A DNA stretch of 64,000 nt from Chloroflexota bacterium (lineage in GTDB: Bacteria > Chloroflexota > Anaerolineae > Anaerolineales > UBA11858), in assembly GCA_018648225.1 (NCBI GenBank), contig JABGRQ010000077.1:1066-65065 (forward strand), in the 5' to 3' direction. The notes beneath the pieces were generated by a model that ran no database searches, had not been told where the DNA came from, and worked only from the letters and a program-made list of their open reading frames with translations. The position numbers and the translations under genes are program-made. This document shows, one piece after another, positions 21,071-28,945 of the stretch. Within the stretch, counting starts at the first letter, position 1; each line of letters opens with the position of its first letter.

Positions 21071-22426
21071 ATGCTGATTATCAACGGAAAATTAATCACC
21101 TGGGAAAAGGAAAACCGCATTCTGGATGACGATCAAGCCATTCATATTGAAGATGGCGTAATCGTTGAAATCGGTCCGCAAAGTGAGTTGGAAGCGCGTT
21201 ACCCCGATGTGGAGCGCGAGGATGCGGGCGGCCAGTACGTGATGCCAGGCAATATTTGCGCGCACACCCATTTTTATGGCGCCTACGCCCGCGGAATGGG
21301 AATCCCCGGGCCTGCCCCCAAAGATTTTCCTGAAATTTTAGATAAGCTCTGGTGGCCGCTGGATATGGCCCTCGATGAAGATGCTGTGCGTTACTCGGCG
21401 CTGGTCATGCTCGTAGATGCCATCAAACACGGCACCACCACCCTGATCGATCATCACGCTTCGCCCAACTTCATCGACGGTTCGCTGGATGTTATTTCTG
21501 ACGCGGTCGATAAATCTGGACTGCGAGCGGTGCTGTGCTACGAAGTCACGGATCGCAACGGCGAAGAAGGGGCAAAGGCGGGGATCGAGGAAAATGTACG
21601 TTTTATCAAGAAGGTTGCTGGCAAAAAATCTCGTTTGCGCGCCACCTTCGGGATGCACGCCGCGCTGACTTTATCAGATGTCACCCTCGAGCGCAGCCGA
21701 GCAGCCATCCCCTCGGGTACAGGGTTCCACATCCATGTAGCCGAACACGAAGCCGATGAGTACGACAGTTTGCAAAAATATGGTATGCGCGTGGTGGACC
21801 GTTTGCACAAATTCGATATCCTGGGGCCAGATTCCATCGTTGGTCACGCCATCCATATTGATGCTCGTGAAGCCATATTACTCGCTGAAACCAATACCTG
21901 GGTGACGCATCAGGCGCGCTCGAATATGAACAACGGTGTTGGCGCGGCGCAAGTAGAGTCGTTGCTGCGGTTGGGTGTGCCGGTTTGTTTGGGAACGGAT
22001 GGCTTCTCATCCACGATGTGGGACGAGTGGAAAACAGCCTATCTGCTGCATAAGGTGATGACACGTGACCCGCGGCGCATGGGCGGTGGCGATATTGCCC
22101 AGATGGCGGCCTATAACAATGCCGCGCTGGCCGGACATTTCTTCAACGAAGCCCCGCTGGGTGTGCTGACCCCTGGTGCATTCGCCGATATTATTTTTGT
22201 GGACTATCATCCCCACACACCCATGAATGCTGGAAATTTGCCCTGGCAGATTATTTTTGGCTTCAACGAGAGCATGGTTACAACGACCATCGTACAGGGC
22301 AAAATGCTCATGCGTGATCGCGAATTGCTCACTCTTGACGAAGCTGCTATCGCGGCTGAAGCGCGTGCTATCGCACCGGATGTTTGGAAGCGCTATGAGA
22401 GTTATGTAGGCACATATTCCCGTTGA
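21071..22426 (+). CDS. ssnA: SsnA-like amidohydrolase (chlorohydrolase/aminohydrolase superfamily)
   Basis: GGAG RBS. MLIINGKLITWE..., the metal-binding HTHFY, HVAEHEAD, and GTDG near the C-terminal third. It lies next to the YgfM/XdhD-like pair, as ssnA does in E. coli. Confidence 0.7.
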   Translation: MLIINGKLITWEKENRILDDDQAIHIEDGVIVEIGPQSELEARYPDVEREDAGGQYVMPGNICAHTHFYGAYARGMGIPGPAPKDFPEILDKLWWPLDMALDEDAVRYSALVMLVDAIKHGTTTLIDHHASPNFIDGSLDVISDAVDKSGLRAVLCYEVTDRNGEEGAKAGIEENVRFIKKVAGKKSRLRATFGMHAALTLSDVTLERSRAAIPSGTGFHIHVAEHEADEYDSLQKYGMRVVDRLHKFDILGPDSIVGHAIHIDAREAILLAETNTWVTHQARSNMNNGVGAAQVESLLRLGVPVCLGTDGFSSTMWDEWKTAYLLHKVMTRDPRRMGGGDIAQMAAYNNAALAGHFFNEAPLGVLTPGAFADIIFVDYHPHTPMNAGNLPWQIIFGFNESMVTTTIVQGKMLMRDRELLTLDEAAIAAEARAIAPDVWKRYESYVGTYSR

Positions 22427-22497
22427 AGGTTATAGGTTGAAGGTGGAAAGCTAATTGAACACCCAACCTTCAACCTTCTACTTACAACTTTTAAACC
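22423..22497. repeat. TTGAAGG-family hairpin repeat overlapping the ssnA stop codon
   Basis: TTGAAGGTTATAGGTTGAAGGT...AACCTTCAACCTTCTACTTACAACTTTTAAACC. The TGA at 22424-22426 lies inside the first word. The element is homologous to 31347-31403. Confidence 0.75.
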
Positions 22498-22512
22498 GAT
22501 ATTGGAGTACAA

Positions 22513-23175
22513 ATGGCACAAGAGAAACTCGTCATCGCCGTCCTCGGCGGCACCGGCAAAGAAGGCCCTGGTTTGGCAATGCGCTGGGCGCACGCTGGAT
22601 ACAAAGTTATCATTGGCTCGCGCAAGGCAGAGAAAGCTGAAGCCACAGCGATAGAGCTTAATGAAAAGCTGGGCATCGATACGATCACTGGGTTGGCAAA
22701 TGAAGATGCCGCTCGCGTGGCTGACATCAGCGTTCTGACCGTAGTCGCTACGGCGCACCAGCCCGCAGTGACCGGGTTGAAGGATGCACTCAAGGGCAAA
22801 ATCATGGTGGATGCCACGGCGCGTGTGGATTTCCGAGATCCCAAACCACCGGCAGCCCCTGCGGCAGCCATCACCGCTCAAGAAATTCTTGGCCCCGACG
22901 TGCGTGTTGTGGCCGCTTATCAAAATGTGCCCGCTCACACGCTGAAGCACAACCTCGGCGGGAAGATCGCCACCGATGTGATGATTTGCGCTGATGATGT
23001 CAGTGCTGCCGAGCAGGTGATGGCACTTACCGAAGCCGCCGGGATGCAGGCTTACTACGCCGGTAGTTTGGCGAATGCCCTGACAGTGGAAGGGTTGACG
23101 GCCATCTTGATTAGCATGAACAAATATTACAAAGTGAAGACAGCCAGTATTCAGGTTTCGGGGCTGAGTTTATAA
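22513..23175 (+). CDS. fno: NADPH-dependent F420 reductase (F420H2:NADP oxidoreductase)
   Basis: IAVLGGTGKEGPGLAMRWAHAGYKVIIGSRKAEKAE Rossmann start typical of NpdG/Fno. GGAG RBS. Confidence 0.8.
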   Translation: MAQEKLVIAVLGGTGKEGPGLAMRWAHAGYKVIIGSRKAEKAEATAIELNEKLGIDTITGLANEDAARVADISVLTVVATAHQPAVTGLKDALKGKIMVDATARVDFRDPKPPAAPAAAITAQEILGPDVRVVAAYQNVPAHTLKHNLGGKIATDVMICADDVSAAEQVMALTEAAGMQAYYAGSLANALTVEGLTAILISMNKYYKVKTASIQVSGLSL

Positions 23176-23184
23176 TTCCTTGAA

Positions 23185-23973
23185 ATGCGTCTTACCCTCA
23201 CACCCCTTCCCGGTTATCCCCTCATACAGCCTGGCGATGACCTTACCTTGATGATTCTTGACGCGTTGCATTGTGCCAATGTAGAACTTGTCAACGGTGA
23301 TGTGCTTGTGCTAGCTCAGAAGATTGTTTCTAAAGCCGAGGGCCGGATGGTGGATTTATCTACAGTAGAACCTTCACAAACTGCACAAGATTTAGCCGCA
23401 GAAACCCATAAAGACCCGCGTGTCGTTGAGTTAATTCTGCAAGAGAGCCGCGAAATCGTGCGCACGCGACCTGGTCTGATCGTAGTCGAGCATAATCTGG
23501 GCTTTATTTGCGCCAACGCCGGGATTGACCATTCGAATATAAATTCCCCTTTCCCCGCGGGAGAGGGGCCAGGGGTGAGGGTTGATGAATTTGCCTTGCT
23601 CCTCCCCAAAGACCCCTCGGCCTCTGCCGCTGCGCTGCGTCAAAAATTGCACGCGACCACCGGCGCGCAGATCGGCGTGCTGATCATCGACTCGCATGGG
23701 CGCGCCTGGCGTGCGGGTACCGTCGGCATGACGATTGGCCTGTCGGGTATCCCCGGCGTGGAAGACCTGCGCGGGCAGCCTGATCTGTTCGGGCGTACGT
23801 TGCTAGTCACGCAGGTGGGTGTGGCCGATGAATTGGCCGCCGCGGCATCCCTGATGATGGGGCAGGCCGCCGAAGGCACTCCCGTTGTGCATGTGCGCGG
23901 TTTTCCCTATCCACTGCGCGAAGGTCAGTTTAATGAGTTGCTGCGTCCTAAAAACGAAGATTTATTTCGATAA
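23185..23973 (+). CDS. cofE: Coenzyme F420-0:L-glutamate ligase
   Basis: KIVSKAEGR, GFICANAGIDHSN, VLIIDSHGRAWR and DELAAAASL motifs. Confidence 0.85.
   Translation: MRLTLTPLPGYPLIQPGDDLTLMILDALHCANVELVNGDVLVLAQKIVSKAEGRMVDLSTVEPSQTAQDLAAETHKDPRVVELILQESREIVRTRPGLIVVEHNLGFICANAGIDHSNINSPFPAGEGPGVRVDEFALLLPKDPSASAAALRQKLHATTGAQIGVLIIDSHGRAWRAGTVGMTIGLSGIPGVEDLRGQPDLFGRTLLVTQVGVADELAAAASLMMGQAAEGTPVVHVRGFPYPLREGQFNELLRPKNEDLFR
23546..23581. repeat. GC-rich palindromic element inserted in frame in cofE
   Basis: CCCCTTTCCC-CGC-GGGAGAGGGG is a stem with one T:G pair, followed by CCAGGGGTGAGGG. The 36 nt equal 12 codons (part of SPFPAGEGPGVRV). Confidence 0.7.
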
Positions 23974-23996
23974 TTCATGCAGGATGGAGAGTATCT

Positions 23997-24380
23997 GTGA
24001 AAAACATCCCCGAAGAATATCACGACCTGTTACAAGACGACCGCAAAGCCTTTGCCGTACTCGCCACCATCATGGATGACGGCACGCCGCAGGCTACACC
24101 GGTTTGGTTCAGCTACGATGGCGAGTACATCTTGCTCAACTCGGTTAAAGGACGTATCAAAGATCGCAATATGCGCGCCCGCCCGCAAATTGCTCTGACA
24201 ATCTTCGCCCCCGCCGATATGTACCGTTTCGTGCAGGTGCGCGGCCGTGTGATCGAAATGACAGAGGCAGGCGGCTGGGATCATATCCATTACCTGGCGC
24301 AGACTTATATGGGTGTGGAGCGTTGGGAGCATGGCTCCCCCGACGACGTGCGCGTCATTTACAAGGTAGCTGCCGAATAG
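23997..24380 (+). CDS. PPOX-class (pyridoxamine-5'-phosphate-oxidase-like) probable F420-dependent enzyme
   Basis: GTG start after GGAG. Split-barrel pattern AVLATIMDDGTPQATPVWF...ILLNSVKGRIKDRNMRARPQIAL. F420 gene context. Confidence 0.7.
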   Translation: MKNIPEEYHDLLQDDRKAFAVLATIMDDGTPQATPVWFSYDGEYILLNSVKGRIKDRNMRARPQIALTIFAPADMYRFVQVRGRVIEMTEAGGWDHIHYLAQTYMGVERWEHGSPDDVRVIYKVAAE

Positions 24381-24381
24381 C

Positions 24382-24984
24382 ATGAACGACGCCCACCGCT
24401 TTCTGCGCTCGCGCCGCTCGGTGCGCCGTTTCGAGCCGCAGCCCGTGCCGCGGGCAACTCTCCATCGCATTCTGGAAACGGCTACCTACGCCCCTTCGGC
24501 GCATCATCGCCAGCATTGGCGTTTTGTGGTGCTGGAAACCCCCGAAGCGAAAACTCGCTTGGCTGATGCGATGGGCGCAGAATTTGAGCGCGATCTGACC
24601 GTTGACGGGCTGAATCTCGCAGACATGCAAGCGCAGGTGGCGCGGTCTCGCAATCGAATTTTGGGCGCACCGGTTGCGATTGTCTTATGTTTTGACTCCT
24701 CCGTCGGTGATGATTATGCAGATGCAGACCGTCAGCGTGCAGAATGGCTGATGGGCGCGCAGAGCGCTGCTCTGGCTGGATTACAGCTCTTACAGGCGGC
24801 TCACGCGGAGGGCCTGGGTGGGGTGTGGACCTGTGGGCCTTTATTTGCCCCCGAAGCGGTACGCCGCGCGCTGGGGATTCCATCCCGATGGGAGCCACAA
24901 GCCCTGATGTTGATCGGCCACCCCGCACAGATTCCCGCGCCGCGGCTGCGCAAACCGGTTGAAGAAGTAACGGTGTTTTTATGA
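24382..24984 (+). CDS. Nitroreductase-family protein (stand-alone equivalent of the FbiB C-terminal domain?)
   Basis: FLRSRRSVRRF...PSAHHRQHWRF nitroreductase signature. It lies between cofE and cofD, with a 4-nt overlap with cofD. Confidence 0.7.
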   Translation: MNDAHRFLRSRRSVRRFEPQPVPRATLHRILETATYAPSAHHRQHWRFVVLETPEAKTRLADAMGAEFERDLTVDGLNLADMQAQVARSRNRILGAPVAIVLCFDSSVGDDYADADRQRAEWLMGAQSAALAGLQLLQAAHAEGLGGVWTCGPLFAPEAVRRALGIPSRWEPQALMLIGHPAQIPAPRLRKPVEEVTVFL

Positions 24985-25931
24985 AAGTTGTTGCCCTTGC
25001 TGGCGGTGTCGGTGGCGCAAAGCTGGCCGATGGATTGGCACAGGCGCTGCCCCCCGAAGATTTAACTATCATCGTCAATACCGGTGATGATTTTGAGCAT
25101 TGGGGCCTGAAAATCTGCCCCGATCTCGATACGGTTTGCTACACTTTGGCAGGTTTGGCGAATCCGGAAACCGGCTGGGGCCGCGTGGACGAAAGCTGGC
25201 AGGCTTTCGAGAATATTGCCACGCTGGGCGGCGCAGACTGGTTCAGGATTGGCGACCGCGATCTGGGCACGCATATCGAGCGCACGCGGCGATTGAACGC
25301 CGGAGAAACTCTCAGTGCAGTGACGGCCGCTTTCTGCCGCGCCTGGGGCATTGGACCGCGCGTCCTGCCAATGAGCGATGATCCCATCCCGACGATGGTT
25401 CTCACCAATGATGGCGTTTTGCCCTTTCAGGAATATTTTGTCCATCAGCGTTGCGAGCCGCGCGTCAGCGGCTTCCGCTTCGAAGGTGTTGAGCAAGCCC
25501 AACCCGCTCCCGGAGCGCTGGAAGCCATCGAGAATGCCGATGCGGTTATTTTTTGCCCGTCCAACCCGTGGGTGAGTATCAACCCTGTTTTGGCCGTCCC
25601 CACTCTGAGGTCTGCTCTCGCCGCTCCCCCAACTTTGGGAGAAGGGGACCGGGTGAAGGTCGCCGCGGTCTCTCCCATCATCGGCGGGCAGGCGCTCAAA
25701 GGCCCGGCGGCCAAAATGTACGCCGAACTGGGTATTCAGCCCTCGGCGATAGCTGTCGCACAGCACTATCAGGATTTGCTTACTGATTTTATCTTTGACA
25801 CGCTCGATCAGGAGCAAGCGGCGGCGATCGGTTCCTTAGGGATGCGTGCGTTGGTGACAGATACGGTGATGAAAACAAAAGATGATCGAAGACGTCTAGC
25901 AGAGGAAGTTCTTCAGTTTTTGACCAGGTAA
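24981..25931 (+). CDS. cofD: 2-phospho-L-lactate (or EPPG) transferase
   Basis: MKVVALAGGVGGAKLADGL, NTGDDFEHWGL, and CPSNPWVSINPVL. Confidence 0.9.
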   Translation: MKVVALAGGVGGAKLADGLAQALPPEDLTIIVNTGDDFEHWGLKICPDLDTVCYTLAGLANPETGWGRVDESWQAFENIATLGGADWFRIGDRDLGTHIERTRRLNAGETLSAVTAAFCRAWGIGPRVLPMSDDPIPTMVLTNDGVLPFQEYFVHQRCEPRVSGFRFEGVEQAQPAPGALEAIENADAVIFCPSNPWVSINPVLAVPTLRSALAAPPTLGEGDRVKVAAVSPIIGGQALKGPAAKMYAELGIQPSAIAVAQHYQDLLTDFIFDTLDQEQAAAIGSLGMRALVTDTVMKTKDDRRRLAEEVLQFLTR

Positions 25932-25983
25932 CTTTTGATACAATTGCAGCAAGGAAAGTTCAGGAAAGGACACTAAATACTCG

Positions 25984-26595
25984 ATGACACTTTGGGCAAT
26001 TGTCCCCGTAAAACCGCTCCGCCGTGGGAAATCGCGACTTTCCGCGGTCTTTTCGGAAGATGAGCGCACAGACTTGAACCGGTATTTATTAGAGAATACC
26101 GTCCGCACGTTAAAAAAAATCCCCGATATTGAACATGTTTTAGTCGTTAGTCGGGATCCGAGGGCTTTAGCAGTAGCGCGTGATTTGGGCGCTCGCACAG
26201 TTCAGGAGAATGGGCAGCCGCATCTGAATGTGGCGCTCACTCGTGCAACTGTTGTGGCAAAAACCTATGCCACGCGTGGTGTTCTGATCTTGCCTTCCGA
26301 TTTGCCGTTGGTTACTGAAGAAGATATTCAGGTGATGCTGGATCGGGCCGTTGACCCCCCTGTTGTTGTGTTGGCTCCTGATAGGCACAGGCAGGGCACG
26401 AATGCCTTGCTGGTGTGCCCGGTCGGGTTGATTGAGTATCATTATGGTGACGATTCGTTTGAAAAGCATTGTGCACTGGCGCGCGAAAAAGGCGCCCGCG
26501 TAGAAATTTGTGAACTCCCCTCGCTAACGCTGGATTTAGATCGCCCGGAAGACCTGGTTTTACTGGAAGAACGTTTGGATATCAAAATTGATTAA
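25984..26595 (+). CDS. cofC: 2-phospho-L-lactate/PEP guanylyltransferase
   Basis: LWAIVPVKPLRRGKSRL start motif. LILPSDLPL and GTNALL. Confidence 0.85.
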   Translation: MTLWAIVPVKPLRRGKSRLSAVFSEDERTDLNRYLLENTVRTLKKIPDIEHVLVVSRDPRALAVARDLGARTVQENGQPHLNVALTRATVVAKTYATRGVLILPSDLPLVTEEDIQVMLDRAVDPPVVVLAPDRHRQGTNALLVCPVGLIEYHYGDDSFEKHCALAREKGARVEICELPSLTLDLDRPEDLVLLEERLDIKID

Positions 26596-26610
26596 CTTTT
26601 TTGGAGGCTG

Positions 26611-27612
26611 ATGATGTTAGACCGTGTAGCTTTGTACTTGCAAGATTCCCATGATTTGCGTGATGGTTTGGACTACGTGAAATACGCCGAAGAGCGCGGC
26701 TTCGAGGCTGTTTGGCAGGCAGAATCGCGGCTCGTGCGTGACGCGATTGTCCCGATGGCGGCTTACGCCGCAGTGACCGAGAAGATTAAAGTTGGCTCCG
26801 GCGTACTCAACAACTGGACGCGCAATGTGGGCCTGTTAGCGGCGACTTTTCTGACGCTGGATGATTTGGCCCCCGACCGGGCAATTTTGGGCATTGGCGC
26901 CTGGTGGGATCCGTTGGCGCAAAATGTAGGTATCACGCGCCGCAAACCGCTGCTGGCGATGCGCGAAACCATTGAAGTGGTACGGCGTTTGTTGGCGATG
27001 GAACGGGTGACGTTTCATGGAGAATTCCATCACGTAGATGGTATTGAACTGGACGTGGTGCATGGTCGCCGAGAGCCGCGCAATGTGCCGATTATGATCG
27101 GCGCCACCGGCCCCAAGATGATGGAGCTGACCGGCGAAATTGCGGATGGCGCAGTGCTGAATTATTGTGTGGATCCGGAATATAATCTCAAAGCGATGGA
27201 TTTGCTTGAAAAAGGCGCCAAGAAAGCTGGCCGTTCTATTGACGATATTGACCGTCCGCAGTTGATTGTTTGCTCGGTGGATTACGATCATGATAAAGCG
27301 ATTGAAACCAGCAAAATGCTGCTCTGCCAATATATGGCGCAGCAACCGCATATTGCCAAAGCTTCCGGTGTTTCGGATGACGTAGTAGCCGAGATTCAAT
27401 CCATTTTGGGTTGGCCTGCCACGCATGAACAAATTGATAGCGCCAAGCACCTTGTTCCGGATGATTTGGTGCATCGCATCACTGCCTCGGGTACGCCCGA
27501 TGAAGCTCGCGCCAAAGTGCAGGAATATGTAGATAATGGCGCTACCTGCCCGATTCTGTACCCGGTGGGCGGGGATTTCAAACTCCTGATTGATGCGTTT
27601 GCAACCAAATGA
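26611..27612 (+). CDS. LLM-class (luciferase-like) F420-dependent oxidoreductase
   Basis: [21 protein letters not shown]...[11 protein letters not shown]...LGIGAWW TIM-barrel LLM pattern. GGAGG RBS. Confidence 0.8.
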   Translation: MMLDRVALYLQDSHDLRDGLDYVKYAEERGFEAVWQAESRLVRDAIVPMAAYAAVTEKIKVGSGVLNNWTRNVGLLAATFLTLDDLAPDRAILGIGAWWDPLAQNVGITRRKPLLAMRETIEVVRRLLAMERVTFHGEFHHVDGIELDVVHGRREPRNVPIMIGATGPKMMELTGEIADGAVLNYCVDPEYNLKAMDLLEKGAKKAGRSIDDIDRPQLIVCSVDYDHDKAIETSKMLLCQYMAQQPHIAKASGVSDDVVAEIQSILGWPATHEQIDSAKHLVPDDLVHRITASGTPDEARAKVQEYVDNGATCPILYPVGGDFKLLIDAFATK

Positions 27613-28076
27613 CCAAACAACCCAACTCGAAGAATTGTTTTGTCTGTGGCGTAGAAAATGAACACGGCTTGAAATTGAATTTTTATGAAACGGCTCCGGG
27701 CGAAATCAGCGTTGACTATATCGTCCCGGAGCATTTTCAGGGCTATCCCGGTGTTGTGCATGGCGGTATTGTCGCATCTTTGGTAGATGAAGTCCTTGGA
27801 CGTGTTCACATGGGCAGCAAACCGGAGAACCCGCGATTTATGTATACCGTCAAACTTTCTGTGCAGTATCGCAAGAATGTGCCTACCGGCGAGCCGATTA
27901 AGATCGTTGGCTATGCCGAAGAAAGCAAACGCCGCACGGCCAAATCAACCGCTAAAATCTTCAACGCCGCAGGTGAAATATTAGCCGAGGCTGAAGCTGT
28001 TTTGGTGAATGTGCCTGCTGAAAAACTGGGTGATGTTGATCTGGAATCCCTTGGCTGGAAAATATACCCCGACTGA
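27609..28076 (+). CDS. PaaI/hotdog-fold thioesterase
   Basis: [18 protein letters not shown]-terminus and [11 protein letters not shown] hotdog core. ATGA overlap with the LLM gene. Confidence 0.7.
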   Translation: MTKQPNSKNCFVCGVENEHGLKLNFYETAPGEISVDYIVPEHFQGYPGVVHGGIVASLVDEVLGRVHMGSKPENPRFMYTVKLSVQYRKNVPTGEPIKIVGYAEESKRRTAKSTAKIFNAAGEILAEAEAVLVNVPAEKLGDVDLESLGWKIYPD

Positions 28077-28095
28077 TAAACCGAATGGAACGAAT

Positions 28096-28869
28096 ATGAT
28101 TATAGAATATCATCGTCCTGAAACAATCGAAGCCGCGCTGGCCTTGTTGGCGCGCAAAGAGCCGCGTACCGTCCCGCTGGGGGGCGGATCGGTACTCAAT
28201 CAGCCATCAGATATTCCGGTGGCCGTGGTGGATGTGCAATCCCTGGGGCTGAATCAGATCGCCGCGCGCGGCAACAAGCTCGAAATTGGGGCCGCGGCCA
28301 CCTTACAGGCGTTGTTGGATACCCCGGAAGCGCCACTCGCGCTCAAAGACGCCATCCGGCATGAGGCGGCCTATAACCTTCGTAATATGGCTACCGTGGC
28401 CGGAGCTATAGTCGCTGCCGATGGGCGCTCGCCCTTTGCCGCGGCCATGCTGGCGTTGGGCGCAGAACTGGTCTTCGCCAACGAACGTACATTGGCGCTG
28501 GGTGAATTTTTGCCCTTGCGCGCGAACGCTTCAGCCAGTGAACTCATTTCGAAGATTTCCATTCCCCTGAATATAAAGCTTTCTTATCAATACGTCGCCC
28601 GCACTCCGGCAGATTTGCCGATCGTATGTGCTGCTGCGGCGCAGTGGTCTTCAGGGCGCACCCGGTTGGTCTTGGGCGGATTTGGCAACTCCCCATTACT
28701 GGCGCTAGATGGCCCCAATGCCCTTGGCGCGCCCATCGCGGCGCGGGATGCGTACCGCGAAGCGGGTGACCAATGGGCCGGTGCGGCCTACCGCAGCGAT
28801 GTGGCTGAGACATTGGCGAGGCGTGCCATTCAGGCTTTCGGGGCTTCGGAAAAAAAAGAACAAAATTAA
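28096..28869 (+). CDS. XDH-family FAD-binding-type subunit, set 2 (short, divergent)
   Basis: YHRPETIEAALALL...PLGGGSVL, ATVAGAIVAADG, and C-terminal AAYRSDVAETLARRA. It is 257 aa. Confidence 0.75.
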   Translation: MIIEYHRPETIEAALALLARKEPRTVPLGGGSVLNQPSDIPVAVVDVQSLGLNQIAARGNKLEIGAAATLQALLDTPEAPLALKDAIRHEAAYNLRNMATVAGAIVAADGRSPFAAAMLALGAELVFANERTLALGEFLPLRANASASELISKISIPLNIKLSYQYVARTPADLPIVCAAAAQWSSGRTRLVLGGFGNSPLLALDGPNALGAPIAARDAYREAGDQWAGAAYRSDVAETLARRAIQAFGASEKKEQN

Positions 28870-28920
28870 CGCAAAGACGCGGAGACGCAGGGACTAACCG
28901 ATTTTTTGCGACTTTGCGTT
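28868..28920. repeat. ACGCAAAG-family hairpin between the two XDH set 2 subunit genes, overlapping the stop codon
   Basis: AACGCAAAGACGCGGAGACGC...GCGACTTTGCGTT. The TAA of the FAD-subunit gene (28867-28869) overlaps the first base of the element and lies within the flank AAAATTAACGCAAAG that is shared with 31967. Confidence 0.75.
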
Positions 28921-28945
28921 TTGCTTGTAGCAGGAGACTGCGCGT

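Noticed and set aside
25062-25817. 251-aa ORF on the minus strand, plus similar long antisense ORFs at 22402-22950, 24482-25078, 30467-31033, 40039-40629 and 42083-42658
   Set aside because: Each lies entirely antisense to a gene with strong family motifs (cofD, fno, the nitroreductase, XDH subunits, the hydrolase). Their translations are low-complexity and Arg/Gly/Pro-rich, as expected for shadow ORFs in GC-rich DNA. No RBS or recognisable motifs were seen.
28096-28869. Claim that the set 2 FAD-type subunit has lost FAD binding
   Set aside because: Its PLGGGSVL motif still resembles the LAGGHSL of CoxM-type flavoproteins, as I recall that sequence. Only the second motif deviates (ATVAGAIV versus T-I/V-G/A-G-N). 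That is too weak to call from sequence alone, so it is mentioned only as an open question.
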